Part shown: positions 1-13,465 of the stretch, in pieces
Layout of the letters: every line of letters begins with the position of its first letter
How positions within the stretch are numbered: position 1 is the stretch's first letter
NCBI RefSeq assembly: GCF_009914755.1
Contig: NC_060926.1
Source of the DNA: the human T2T-CHM13v2.0 reference genome, Homo sapiens
Length of the DNA stretch: 64,000 bases
Direction: 5' to 3' (one strand)
The notes under the pieces: model-generated
What the model was told of the DNA's origin: nothing
What the model saw: only the letters and a program-made list of their open reading frames with translations
Databases searched by the model: none
Position numbers and translations under genes: made by a program

Positions 1-703
1 GCTCAGAAATTTGTTGTAAAAGGGAATGGACTCGTATTTAAGGACAGGACTCTGAGGACTATTCATGGAATGCATGAAGAAGACTGATAAGGATAGCCTA
101 TAAGGCACAGTATAGTAGTATAGTAGAAGTGCACCAACTATTTCTCCAGACTTGAACAACCAAGTCTAAGAGTAAGATAAGGTAAGACAAGGTCAGGAAG
201 TCTCAGGGCTGGAGAGGTGGTGATGTTGCTGAATAATTGCTTTTTAAAGCTGGAGGGGACTTCCAAGAGTCTCTCATTTAAGAAGAAAAATTAAAGACAT
301 AATTGGTAACGGTTTTGACTGCTGCAGAGGCAACACTTTGCTCACAATCCTACAGATCTACTTCACCTGTAACTACAATTTTCCTGAAGACATAGAAGAA
401 AAATCAATTGTTCTAATCCATATGGAAAAAAAAAAAAAAGAAAACTGCCAATGTGGTTTGACTAGCAAACCACTGGAGTTGTGGCTTAAGCATAAAGGAT
501 TACTTCTTCCATTGCCACTAATCTAATTACTTTCCCCTATCTGTCTCCATTCCAGCAGGCATGTTTAGTAGCCAAGCTGTATTACAAAAAAGGATAGGAT
601 GTGGGTAGGTAAAGCAAACAAACGGCAACATCAAATGCAAAGTCTTTCATTTCAAAGGACTAATGCTCTCTTATTCCACTTGTCTCCAAAGAAAAGCAAT
701 CTC

Positions 704-855
704 AACCAGGTGTGGCCTGTTATCCCAGCACTTTGGGAGGCCGAGGTGGGTGGGTCACCTGAGGTCAGAGTTAGAGACCAGGGGTGGGTCACACCTGAGG
801 TCCGGAGTTCAAGACCAGGGTGGCCAACATGGTGAAACCCCATCTCTACTAAAAG

Positions 856-910
<55 letters not shown>

Positions 911-1072
911 TAGCTGGGCGTGGTGGCAGGTGTCTATAATCCCAGCTACTTAGGAGGCTGAGGCAGGAGAATTGCTTGAACCCGGGAGGCGGAGCTGAGA
1001 TCACGCCACTGCACTTAAGCCTGGGTGACAGATTGAGCGAGGCTCTGTTTTAAAAAAAAAAAAAAAAAAAAA
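704..1072 (+). mobile_element. AluS-like element with an internal duplication and (AC)25 in the linker
   Basis: Alu dimer, poly(A) 1052-1072, TSD aaagcaa(t/c)ctc on both sides. Confidence 0.95.
859..908. repeat. (AC)25 microsatellite
   Basis: Direct reading. Confidence 0.97.
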
Positions 1073-1796
1073 GCAACCTCTCCACTTTTCTGAGACAGCA
1101 AGCACAGAGATGTTCAAATTAGGTTGACTATGCCATACTTCTTAATTATGTATCTGCATAATTATTAATAGTGCCCTCTTTTACTCACAAAAGTGCTCTG
1201 ATTTGGACAATAAGTTATATTGTTATCCTAAATACATTGTGACAGGAAGGTCAACTTATATAAGACACTAAAACAAATTTGACAAAATTCATTTTAGTAG
1301 ATCATCCATTTAACATATATAATTCTACAAGTTCATAACTTATCAAGACTCACTAAGAAACAAAGATTTAAGCTATTTTTATATATTTGTTGTCTTTCAA
1401 AATGTTTCTTTTTGGCAAATAACTTTACTTTAAAAAGTAAGGCATAGACTAATTTAGAAAACAAAAAAATATCATTTCCTCACACTTTACTCTAAATCTT
1501 ATTCAGTGTTATGTCATTTTTTAAAAAAATTTTTGCTTTCTCTTAGGACAGCAAACATTTTTGAGATGGAAGAAAACCCATAGATTATTTACTTCAATGC
1601 CTTAATGTTACTATCAAGAACACTGAAGTTCAGAGAAATGAAATGACTCACCCAAAGCTGCTGGTCTGGTCTAGGTAGCGACCAACTAACCAGACCAGTA
1701 GCCTAATGAGCCAAGTTGGTTCTGGAACTCCTGACTCCTAAATACTTGTTTCCTTCTGCATTCCATTCTGTCTCCTGGATTATATTCTCTATTTTA

Positions 1797-1875
1797 TTAG
1801 GTTGGTGCAAAAGTAACTGCTGGTTTTAATTTAAAAGTAGTAACAAAACCAGCAACTACTTTTGCACCAACCTAA
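1797..1875. mobile_element. MADE1 (Hsmar1-derived MITE)
   Basis: ttaggttggtgcaaaagta...tacttttgcaccaacctaa terminal inverted repeats, 79 bp, TA duplication at 1795-1796 and 1876-1877. Confidence 0.95.
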
Positions 1876-2149
1876 TAGAAGCCTCCTATCAGGAAGAACT
1901 TCATCAAAACCTAGCTTTGCCCTAAGCATCACATTTTCCCACTGGAAAAGGGTAGATAAAAAAGCAAAGGACCAAAAATAAAAATGATAATTTACCAACC
2001 TCTCTCTCAGGAGGCAAAGTACAGAGGTCTCTGCAAAGGAGCATTTTAAAATGTCTTAGGTTATTGATATTTGATTGCTTTTTGAAGATTATGCAGAGTT
2101 CTCCTATCTCTCAGTCTTGTGATTGTCTTCAGTATGACCAATTGTTATT

Positions 2150-2312
2150 TTTACTTATTTTTTTATGTAACTTTTCTTTTAGGTTTGGGGTACATATGCA
2201 GGTTTGTTATATAGGTAAACTGCATGTCATGGGGGTTTGGTGTACAGATTATTTTGTCACCCAGGTAATATGCATAGTACCAAATAGATATTTTTTTTCT
2301 GATCCTCTCCCT
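2150..2312 (-). mobile_element. L1 3' end fragment (older L1PA/L1PB)
   Basis: ggggtacatatgcaggtttgttatataggtaaac is the reverse complement of an L1 3' UTR terminus. Confidence 0.85.
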
Positions 2313-2413
2313 AATATCAAAGAAGAGCAACAACTTTGGGAAGGTTGGCCCAGGAGACATCATTGGGAATTGTAAACCAAACAAGAAAAACATAATCAAG
2401 ACATGTTTCTTAA

Positions 2414-2677
<264 letters not shown>

Positions 2678-2867
2678 TAAACCCAGGCTAGTATGGCCCC
2701 AAAGCGTGGGCCTTTAGTCTTTATGTTACCAGCAGAAATGGCCTTTGGATGGCACAGTGTCCACAATGAACATCTACCATTCACTTTTATTCCATGTTCA
2801 TGTTTAGGAAGCAATATGTTTAAAATGAAGATAGCTGGAGTCAGGCACACTGATAGCTTGGATGGAT

Positions 2868-2892
2868 ACACACACACACACACACACACACA
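2868..2892. repeat. (CA)12 microsatellite
   Basis: Direct reading. Confidence 0.95.
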
Positions 2893-4442
2893 AGGTAAAC
2901 GCACAGAGTCATAAAACAGTAAGCTGGAAAACTTTAGGGTCAAAGACCCAGATCTACTTCAAAATGTTTCAAGTGCTTCATATATAAGAATTGATCATAG
3001 AATTAATAACCAAATAATCAAAACCAGGTCGATTTAAAAGAATATAGTTTACAATAGCTATAGAAGTCATGAAATATTGAGAAAGATGTTCCTTCCCTAA
3101 AATAATTCAAACCTATAGAGGACACTTAAATTATCCAAACAAATAACAACCGCAAGATAGTTTAGCTCTAGATATTGTCAGATAAATATCTGGACTTAAT
3201 ATTCTTTACATTATTTTATTTGTTTTATGTTTACTTCTACACTTATATATTCATATTTACTGTTTATTACATTACATTATATTAATATTATTCCATTTTA
3301 CTAGACCATGTGTAGGTCAGATAAATTACTTCCTAGAATATATCAGCTTATAGCATCCCAGAAACAACCCACAAAGGGTTCTTCTTTGCATAATACAACA
3401 GCTCAGAAAGACTCCCATATCTGATCTTTTGTCTTTTCTCAGTAATCCGTCTGGCCTACTTCAACAACATGTCAGGATATTCTGAGGTACTAGGCCACCT
3501 GAGCCTAAGACCTCAAAAGCACTGAGCCTCAGCTCATCAGATTCCTGGCTAAGTACTTTCAATGTCTGTAGTAGCCTCATTTGCTCATGCTTAATAAGCT
3601 CATACCATTTAGAGAAAGGACTCAAGTGTGAGTAACACATGCTTCCCCTAGTAATGCACAGCATTAAGAAGCGAAGTAGAAGACAAAACTCTCTCCCTAT
3701 TTCACATTCTTCTGAGTTCATTATTGCCATGAAAAACGAATCAGATTTGAGTTGTTCCTAATCTCTGCTCTTCTGGTCTCCATCAGAGAGGGCAGCCAAA
3801 CTGTGACAGGAGCCATCTGGGATGGGGACAGGAGAGGAGAGAGAGCCCTGTAGTTTTCTTCTGGGGAAAAGCAGGCACAGGGGGTAGGTTGCTCCTAGAG
3901 TGGACAGCAACACTGACAGCTCATCATCATTTATTCTCAGCCTAAACACCAGTGGCAAGAGCCCCATCAGGTGGCACTGAGAGAAGGAGGCCAAAGAAGG
4001 CACAGAGAGGCTTTAGGGGTGACTAAACATACACACTGTTGTAGGACTGAACATTCGTACATCCATCTCCTCTAGTAAAGCTTGAGGTTTTCTATGGCAG
4101 AGGCTATGTCTTAGGTACCAGTGTTGTCACAGCATCTTGCAAGGGGCTTGGCATGGGATTGATGCTCATAGAATATTTGCTGGAAGCAGGAATCAATGAA
4201 TAGGGCCCAGCCCTTCTGGATTCCACCGGCTACTTCTGGCTTCTCAAACACACTCAGGCACGTACACTTGATTTCAAGGACAAAGTTGCTGTCTATTTTT
4301 AATAAAGAAGCAGCTTGAGTGAATCCCATTTCTATTTCCTTACTCTCATACTGTCTTCTGTTTGCGTGAGCAAGAGTATGGACTAATTCCAGGCTTCAGT
4401 TCATTTTAGTCACAGCAGAAATCTAATCAGGGCTGTATATTC

Positions 4443-4578
4443 TGTCTCTGTCCCTCTGTCTGTCTCCTTTCTCTCCCCCTCCTTCTTTCTCTGCCTACCT
4501 CTCCTTCTTACTCACCCTGCCTCCACCTCCTTCTCTGCCTCCCTCCATCTTTGCCCCTGTCTCTTTTTCTCTCTCTGT
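4443..4578. repeat. CT-rich low-complexity polypyrimidine tract
   Basis: About 135 nt of mostly C/T. Confidence 0.85.
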
Positions 4579-5869
4579 CAGGTGATATACAAATCCCAGG
4601 AACACAGATATACACACTGAACTGAATAGCTCATTTTTCAAAACTGTGTCAAGATTGTAATGGTTAGTGTGCAAGAAGGAAACTTATCCTTGTAACATTA
4701 GGATTTTTCTTTTTCTTTAATTGCGCCCTAAGAATTAAACCCTATGCAAATAGGACTTAATTTTGCGTTCCCACTTTTTCCTTTAATAATTGTGTGTATA
4801 TGTGTGTGTGTAAGACAAATGTTCTTTGTTGAAAGCTAACAGTTGCAGGCTTCTTTTAAAGGTTATAATTATATTTATAAACACATTGCTATCAGGTTTA
4901 CACCAAATAGACCAATAATTTGCCGGCAAAAGGTAAAAAATTTAATAAAACCACCTTGTTCGAAAACAAATTTGTTATAGAAACACCTGAACATTGGTTT
5001 TGTATAAAGTATATGCAAGATGTAACTGGACATTCATGTGATTTTAGGTAGAATTTTTTGTTTGTTCTTGTCCTCCAGAGAGGATTCAGAAATAAGAATG
5101 ACTTGGAATTGGGCATTTAAAAAATATATCTAAAAATTCTATGTGCTGCGGAGGTTGGAATTCTAAGTTTTTTATAAGATGAACTGCCATGCAGGTCACT
5201 TATTCTAGGAAAGTCTCCTAATAAATAATTCTTACTATTAACCACCTCCAGGGTCACAGAATATGTTTTAACCTCTTTTTAGTGCTGACACAAGGTAATA
5301 GCATCCCCTGATACTAATTCTTTGCTGTCATTAATTTGGATTGTCTGGTAACACATTAAAAAAAAAAAACAGACCAAGAAACTGCTATTTCAAGTACGAA
5401 GAAAAGCTGCATTCATTATTCAGCCATATAAGGAAGTTAAATGCTACAGCGCCAAAGCAGGCAATGACAGAAAACTAGGAATAAAGAAGTTTCTTTTTAA
5501 AAACTAGGAACATAGGGAAATAAATATTGTGTGAGAGAAAAAAGCCAAAACCAACAATAACTAGGTAGGTCAGCTACACGGAGGGACTAAAACATTAAGC
5601 ATTCCCTTGCCTCTCAAACTCAGCTATTCATGGCCTTCTAGGTTAATGGAGAGTGGGGCACGGGGTGCAATGTGGTTAATACACGTTCTAGAATCCCAGA
5701 AAAGATAAATGACTGCTCTAGTTTCTCATCTTCTGAGCAGCTTGAGCATGTGTTGAGGTTACTGTCACTGCACCACAGCCTGATACATATTCCTCCTTGT
5801 GTATGAAAGCCATTCAAAGGAAGAAACAGCCCTGAATAAGACTCTATGGGAATTACAGTCAAGCAGTGC

Positions 5870-6010
5870 TGCTGAATTCTGGATCCACCCTTTATTAGCT
5901 GTGTGACCCAGAGAAAGTTAAATCTCTAAGCTTCAACTTCTTCATCTGTAAAATGAGTCTAATAAGAGTAGCTACTTGATATAGTTGCAAAGATTAAGTC
6001 ATACGGATAC
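5870..6010 (+). mobile_element. MIR
   Basis: ttattagctgtgtgacc...aagttaaatctctaagcttcaacttcttcatctgtaaaatg core. Confidence 0.8.
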
Positions 6011-6051
6011 TTTAAGAATAGCATGAAACTTGTTGTTTAATAAATCTTAGT

Positions 6052-6262
6052 GCCATCACCATCATCACCACCACCACCACCAACACCAAAAATAATCACC
6101 ACTACCGCCATCATCTCCAACACTATCACCACCAACACCATCAGCATCACCATCACTACCACCTCCAACATATCTAGAACCACCACCATTCCAACCACAA
6201 CCATCACTACCACCATTACCAATATATCCAAAATCACCATCACCAACAGCACCATGACCATC
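6052..6262. repeat. Degenerate (CAC/CAT)n trinucleotide repeat
   Basis: ccatcaccatcatcaccaccacc...; explains the Thr/Ile-rich and Val-rich ORFs here. Confidence 0.9.
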
Positions 6263-7824
6263 TTCCTCATTTTACAGGTGAGAAAGTTGACTCAGAACCT
6301 CAGTAACTGGCTGAAAGGCACAAAGCTGGTAGGGGACAGAGAGCTCAAATTTCCAAGTTTAGCGATCCTCCTAAGCCCATCTTTATCTCAGGAAATTTGT
6401 CATGGAAAAATGGTGTGGCCTTGGTTTCAAGGGTCACCACAAGGCTTCAGAATACCTAGGACCCCAGATATCTCATATGTAAGCATAGAAAAGCAAAAAT
6501 AAAATCAAAAAACTATATCTGGAAAATATCTTAGGGTATTTTATTAATATGTGAATTGCTAAGTATACTGCAACACCTGGTTGCCCTGTTATCATGAGCA
6601 ACAGCCTGAAAGGTGAGGGACTCAGGTTCTGCTTTTCGTTCTTACCTTCATATCTTCAACTGTCACCAAAGAACACAATGCCTATTCCCATATTTAGCCC
6701 TGTGAAGACACTATAGGAAAGAAAGAAACTGTCATCTACAGCACCAAGTCCTCAGGAGAAAGGCAGGAAATGAAAAAGAATTGTTTATTTAGCCTGGCTC
6801 TATAGTGAAACAGCTGTATAAGTCTGTGAAAAGAAAGGGCCCTGGCTTGGCTCAACCTTTGGCAAATACATGGGTATTATGTAGGCAGCATGTCGAGCCA
6901 GGAGAGGAGGCAATGGAGGAGATTTCCTCTAATGCTTCCCATATTGTTAATTGCTGCTTTCCCTCCCAGGGCCTTCTGGACTTCCCACCAGAAATCCAGG
7001 GCAGGAACTGCAAGGCACTATGGGAAGACAGCAGCTTGAGTCCTGCCTGCCCACTCAGCACCTTCCACTGGGACCCTCAGCGGGCTCACCCAAGGCAGTT
7101 ACGAAGATTATCTCATATGCCACTTACCCACAGTACATTCAGCTATCTTCTCACCCTTTCCTGCCACCTGGCCCAGAGCCATTTAACTCTACTGTTGCAA
7201 GGCTAAACTTCTGAGTTTCATGGCATTTATACTGTAATAAGGGACTAATCGATGTTCTACCCCAAACAGTAAATCTCCAATGGTCAGATTTCAGCCATGG
7301 AGGAAATATGATGAAGATATTTTATAGGAAAACCTCAATAGTTCCCATGATATTACAATGTTGCCTATAGGCAATTTTCCACATCTCAGCTTTGTTAGCT
7401 GACAGAGAAGCAAAATAACAGCAAATAACCCCTTGTATGTCTTAGACCCTCAAGGTTGCTCTACTCAAAAGAATTAAGTATACTTAAATCTCCTTCCCTT
7501 GGTTAATGGTGTCCTAAGGAAAGAAAGCAAAGAAAACCTCTTCCCATTTCACAACTTAGTGTAAAATCCATTCAGATTTTACAAGATGGTGACAGAGCAA
7601 TAACTCTTGAGAAAATGATGTGACAATAGCTAATTGTCAATGGCTAAGGACTCCTCAAAAGCTGCTCAATATCCATAGGATTAAAGTAAAGCAGAACCAT
7701 TCCTAGAGACCCAAGGACTAGTTAACAAAGAGAAAAATAAAGTACTAACAATATTTTACTACAAATCTGTTAAATTCTCTTTAGGACCTTCAAGAGGCAA
7801 AGTAGTATGGAAGAACAAGCACAT

Positions 7825-7990
7825 AACCTTTTATTTCAAATAGAAAAGGGTTCAAATCCTAGATCCATAATTTATTAGCACTTTGAAAAAAATTAATCTC
7901 TCTAAGTTTCAGTTTTTTCATCTGCAAGGTCACTTACTTCATTGGGCTATTATAATATCACATGTATGAAAAGCATTTGAGAACGGGAAA
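7825..7990 (+). mobile_element. MIR
   Basis: gggttcaaatcctagatcc...tctctaagtttcagttttttcatctg. Confidence 0.7.
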
Positions 7991-10844
7991 ACAATACGAT
8001 AATACCATTAGTCTTCCAAATTTTGTTTCTACACATTCCACAAACAAAAAGGGTTCTACAAATAGCAATCCTTTAAAGGATGTATTCAGGTTGGTTTAAG
8101 TACCCTTATAATGATTTAAAATCCCATTATACAAAATGTACTTTTACTTAGCCTTTCATTAATTTTGATAATGGTCCTGTCTATTGAAACTGCCCATACT
8201 CTTAGATTTACCAAGGTATGAGTCCATCTTACAATGCACATCCCATTTTCCTTTTAAATTATGCTTTTGTCCTCCAAAAGCAAATGAAAATATTTTATCT
8301 AAAATCAAGGCTTCCTATAGTTTACAAAATGTCTTTAAAATGAAATTTGTACTTATCAGAATATACACCATCTCATTATCTCCCATTTTAGAGTATAAGG
8401 AGCATATTTTTTCTATTTCTGTTATAATTCTTAGCCCACTGATGGCCACAAATCTGTAGCTTATTAAGTATGTGCAGATTAACTGATATATAAATTCTCC
8501 TCTGCCCCTAACCCAGTAAAGCAATCAGCCTTCTATGTAATGGCCTTGAATGATGACTAAGAAAAGAGCCCGTAATTTAAACACTTCAATGTGGCTGAAC
8601 TATGAAATCTCAATTGCTAAGACAAAATTCCTTTACATAATGATATTATAACCCCAAGCTTTAATTAGTGCTGGAAAAATAAGATTATAATAGCAAATAT
8701 GGCAATCTGGTTGACACCATAAACAACCTTTCTGCACACAATCAATTTAAGCTCCTGGCAGTACTAAATTCAGACTCATAAATGTTTTTTGGCTCTTATC
8801 CTATCTTATTTTTATAATAGCTATGCATTCAGAAAACATGCATTTATAAAAACATCTTTTAGTTATAATTTAGGTTTGCAGATGATATTATATGTGATTT
8901 GGCTCTAAAAAGACATAAATATTCTGTTCTGAAAAGATAATCCACTAAAGCAGAAATCCATTCAAATGCTAGTTATTCCATACAAATTTCTTACATTAAT
9001 ACATTACCTAGGAAAATTATATGTCAGTATAAAATATCATACCTCCATCGTATGCTTTAAAGGTAGCAGATAAAATTCTACTGCTATAAAGTAAAGCTTG
9101 AATATGTTGGAGTTATTAAATTGTGTGCAGAAATTAGTATGTGCTAACAGCCTTTCTTGTCTTGTGATATTTTTTCTAATATTTTTCATCATTTCTGATT
9201 TCTCCACACAATTATCCTTCTGTTCTGATCACTTCAAATTTTCTTAATATCTTCATTTCACCTTGTTTACATCTGGCTGTCTTATTGTATTTTGTTCTAC
9301 TCTCAGAATTGAATTGCCATCTCACATAGCTAAGTCTATAGAGAATTCTATAGAATTCTCTAGAACAAGAAAAGAACACAGGTCCCATAAATAGCAAAAA
9401 CAAAATATTTATTTTCCCTGGAATATAATAATAATTCCATAGAACCCATATACTACTGAAATTTTTTTTCCTTTCTAGTCTTTTTTCCAAAAAGAGTAAA
9501 ATGTGATATAAATATTGAGCATCAGACAGCTATATTGGTTAAGATGTCTTACACATACTATTTCCTAAAGTTAATGAAGTTACAACTACACTGAAAAATA
9601 TAATAGTTGTTAAAACAAAATTAAGTTTGGGTAGGCCCGTTGTTTAATATGTTATACTATGACTAGGAACCTCTGGTAAGCTGATATTCTAAGGAGTATA
9701 TTAAGTAAATAATCTAACTTGCATACTCTGATTTTTCAACTCTGTACTTTAAATATATAATACTAAACGCTCATAATCTTTTAAATTGTCTTCCAAAAAT
9801 AATACTATTGCTGGGCTATAACTAATTAAATTTGATTTGTATCTACATTAGTTAATTAGCCTTATCATTTTTCCAAAACAGTTAAGCTAATGTTAGACCT
9901 TGAAATACCAAACAATATTTTGTAATAATTATTACCATTAAACTAGAACCATTAAAGAACAATCATTAACAGCACTTCAAATGTGTAGATATTACCTACC
10001 AAACCACAAATCAAATTAGCATATTCTTAATTTATTTTTTATTAGCTGTTAACATTAGACAGAATTCCCTGTTGTAAGTCAAAATTAGTTGGCATTGGTT
10101 TAGTATGTGTCATTGATTGAGTTTATAAAAAAGCATGTGCTAGCTGTTAATTATATCTATTTAATGGGATTTTGCTTTGTAATTTTAAAATGTTTTGCTG
10201 AGAATATATTTTATTAGAAATTACAAGCATCACTTATCACTTATCAAATTGAAATAAATCAACTCATTTATGTGAGAATATGAATAAATATTTATAGACA
10301 TTTTTATATTATAAATTTAAATGACTATTTCTACACTAAAAATAAGATCAAAGATTAGGAATCTATCTTGTTTTTGGAATCCAACAATCATTAAAGCTGT
10401 AGTGCCTCTTATTCTCCATCCTTGATCAGATTGGACCTTATTTCTACCTTTGTTAGGGACTTCTTAAAATTAGCCTTTAAATTTAGGCTTTTCCAGGAAT
10501 CTCTTTATGGTGCTCTGGAAAGAATAATAAAGTCTGGCTTTGTGCACAACATTAAACAAACATTTTTTTTTCAAAGTACTTAATAAAGCTTGGTGGCGCC
10601 ATCAGCCATGTTTAAGTACTGTAGGTTTTGAAGGAGGACATCTTTCAAGATTAACTATGTAATTTGATGAGATATAAATTCATTCTTAAAGATAAGTTGG
10701 GTTTAATCTACATAGTCTGACTCCATTGCACGATGACAAACTCTTTCACTTGGATCTGACTGTATGGAAATAAGACAACTGCCAAAGGAAAAATAATCCA
10801 TAAAAAAATAATGTTTTCTAAGCTGCTAAGAGGGCAGCACAACT

Positions 10845-10971
10845 CCATTTGACCCAGCAATCCCATTACTGGGTATATACCCAAAGAAATATAAATCATT
10901 CTGTTATAAAGACACATGCATTTGTATGTTCATTGCAGCACTATTCCCAATAGCAAAGACATGGAATCAAC
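10845..10971 (+). mobile_element. L1 ORF2 3' fragment
   Basis: ccatttgacccagcaatcccattactgggtatatacccaaag...atagcaaagacatggaatcaac. Confidence 0.9.
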
Positions 10972-13420
10972 ATATCTTTGATAATATGTTTTTCTAGAAA
11001 CCTTGTGTTTGAATCTTGGTGCTTAATTTAAGGTTAAGTCCCAGCCAAACAAATCTGTACAATCAACAGACCTATTTAGCATCTACAAAGCTTGTCAGTA
11101 ATACAACTCTACGAAGTCAAGATGAAATCTCTTCAAAATTAAAAATCTAGAAAAAAGAAAAATGTAGGGCTGTAATTTCATTCCACTTATAAGTTAAATG
11201 CTTTGCCATTTCTAAAATTTCACATTTCAATTAAGCAAATGAAGTATAGTAACAATTTTATAGAGCAAGAAACTTGCGATTGATCTTCAATACTCCTAAG
11301 AACATATATATAGAGATGGCATGAATTATTAGCCAATTTTCACCAACTCCACCAATGTTTACCAATTCTCACAAGAAATCTAAATTTCTAAAGATGGAAT
11401 GTGGCAATATTCCTTCCAATTTAATTGCATAGGATGAATGTTTTAAATGGAACTTGGCAGAATAAGTTATTCTATCAAATCAATGTCAATCCTTTTTAAA
11501 AATCCTTTTCCTTATTCTTCTGCATCGTACCACCCAAAAGAAGGTTATTTATGGTTTGGTAAAAGTCCTGAACTGCAGAATAGATAGGGAAAGACTGCTT
11601 TTCAGATAAACCAGTATAGAGTCCTTATTCTTAAGAAAAGGTAAGATTAAATTTTCAAAAGAAAATATGCTTAGTCAAACAAACAAAACAAAACACAGAT
11701 TTAAGTTGTTTTAAGGGCTACCCTTATGAGTTCATTTAACGACATGAAATATACCTTTAACAACACGCAGTACACTTTTAGATGGATTACAAGTGCTATC
11801 TACTACAGAAGGGTTCAATAATTGAAATGATTAGAAAACATAATCATTAGGGAAAATATAATCAATAGGGAAAGAATTCCTAGCAAAGGAATAAAGTTCA
11901 TTTGTGTTAACCTGGGCACACATGAACTTTCCAATGCAAGACCACTGAAAAAATTCTTTCTTGGATATGAAGGATATTAATTTGCTACTAGATCACTATC
12001 TTTCAGTAAAATAAGTATCCCAACAAAACACATCTCAATAAGTGTAACACTAACAACATTAGAATTAACATAAAATAGATATTAATCAAAACACTTTGCT
12101 CCCTACAAACATCAGAAGATGGATATTATAATCCCTGCTTTGCTTGATTTCATTGTGATATTGTACTCGACACTACTTATCACTATAGTATAACAACAAA
12201 GAGATGTAAAGACACTGGAAGGCTCTCTCAGGAAAATCTGTTCTCTCTGCCCATCCCCTCCCCCTTTTTGGTTTGTTTTCTCTCACTTTCAGTAGGAGAA
12301 ATTTCATATTTAAAGAGCATGCATTCACCATTTGGCATATCATATGCCATTATCGTAAGAGTTAACTATTTTCGAACTGTATTTATATATTTATTTTTCT
12401 TCCCTGAAATTTCTAAATGTCCAGTGCTTCAACCAACATAATCATTCATTTTAACGTCGTTTGTTGTACTGAAGATATTATAGTCAGCCTCCCTCCCTCT
12501 CTCCCTCCCTCCTTTCCCCCCAGAAATTGTTCATAGAGTCAAATTTTCTGGTTTGCTTTTGGTGAGTTGAGTGCAACACACTTTCCTAGGCAAAGGGGGA
12601 ACAGCCCTCTAAATATCAACTCTCAGTCGAAGAATCACTTAACAACTGGGTACTTCATATTACTACATGAGCACAGTGCCACTGTAAAGTACCACGAGGA
12701 AGAATAAATTTTTCCTTCTTTTCTCTGACCTGCTCCCTGACAACTAGACACGTGGACAGAACCTTATTTCTCTCTCCATCACTGTATCAGTGGGGTACAG
12801 GGTTTGTTTAATAAGGATGTAAAATAAAACCGGACTTGAACTACAAAAGGGCTGGATGGCCTTTCCCATGTTGGCATAACACTGAAGAAGCAGGATTGGT
12901 TATGAAGTCATAATTTAGCATTGGCATTTAAGCAGAAACATTAACTTATATTGTCACAAAACACAATGTCACATAAAAGCCACAAAAATATTTTCAGCCA
13001 GCCCTGGTAGCCAAGAAATTATTTTCAGGGTGTTTCCTTTTTGGGTTTTCCCAATTTGTACTCAGAAACGAAGTTAGAGACCTATTGTGATGTTTTAAAT
13101 ATTCCTTTTCTGAGTATATACCATGTGATTCAAAATAGAAGACCAATTTCTCAGCCTGTCTTAAGTCATCTGATAAACTGTGTCCCATCACTCATTTTAT
13201 CATAGTCACAATGTAGTTAAAATGTGTAAATGTATAAAAGTAAAAATAAAATTCTGATGTAAATAAATTTAAGATCTCTGTGTGCAGAGCATATTGATAA
13301 CTGGCACCCAAGCAAAGACTGATATCTTGAAAGGGATCTTGTATAAAAGCTATTCCATTCCTTGCATGCTATTTAATTTAAAAAATGATGCACAGACTCA
13401 CATTCATAAACACACTGAAC

Positions 13421-13446
<26 letters not shown>
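13421..13446 (-). repeat. (GT)13 tract 20 nt downstream of the exon 2 donor; intronic splicing regulatory element
   Basis: (CA)13 on the + strand. I recall a polymorphic GT repeat in NCX1 intron 2 being described as a splicing activator (not checked here). Confidence 0.9.
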
Positions 13447-13452
<6 letters not shown>

Positions 13453-13465
13453 ATATAGAACTTAC

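Noticed and set aside
6037-6502. Mucin-like Thr-rich and Val-rich ORFs
   Set aside because: Produced by a (CAC/CAT)n repeat plus MIR sequence.
9340-9366. Heat-shock element
   Set aside because: GAA/TTC spacing is 0 and 4 nt, not the required 2.
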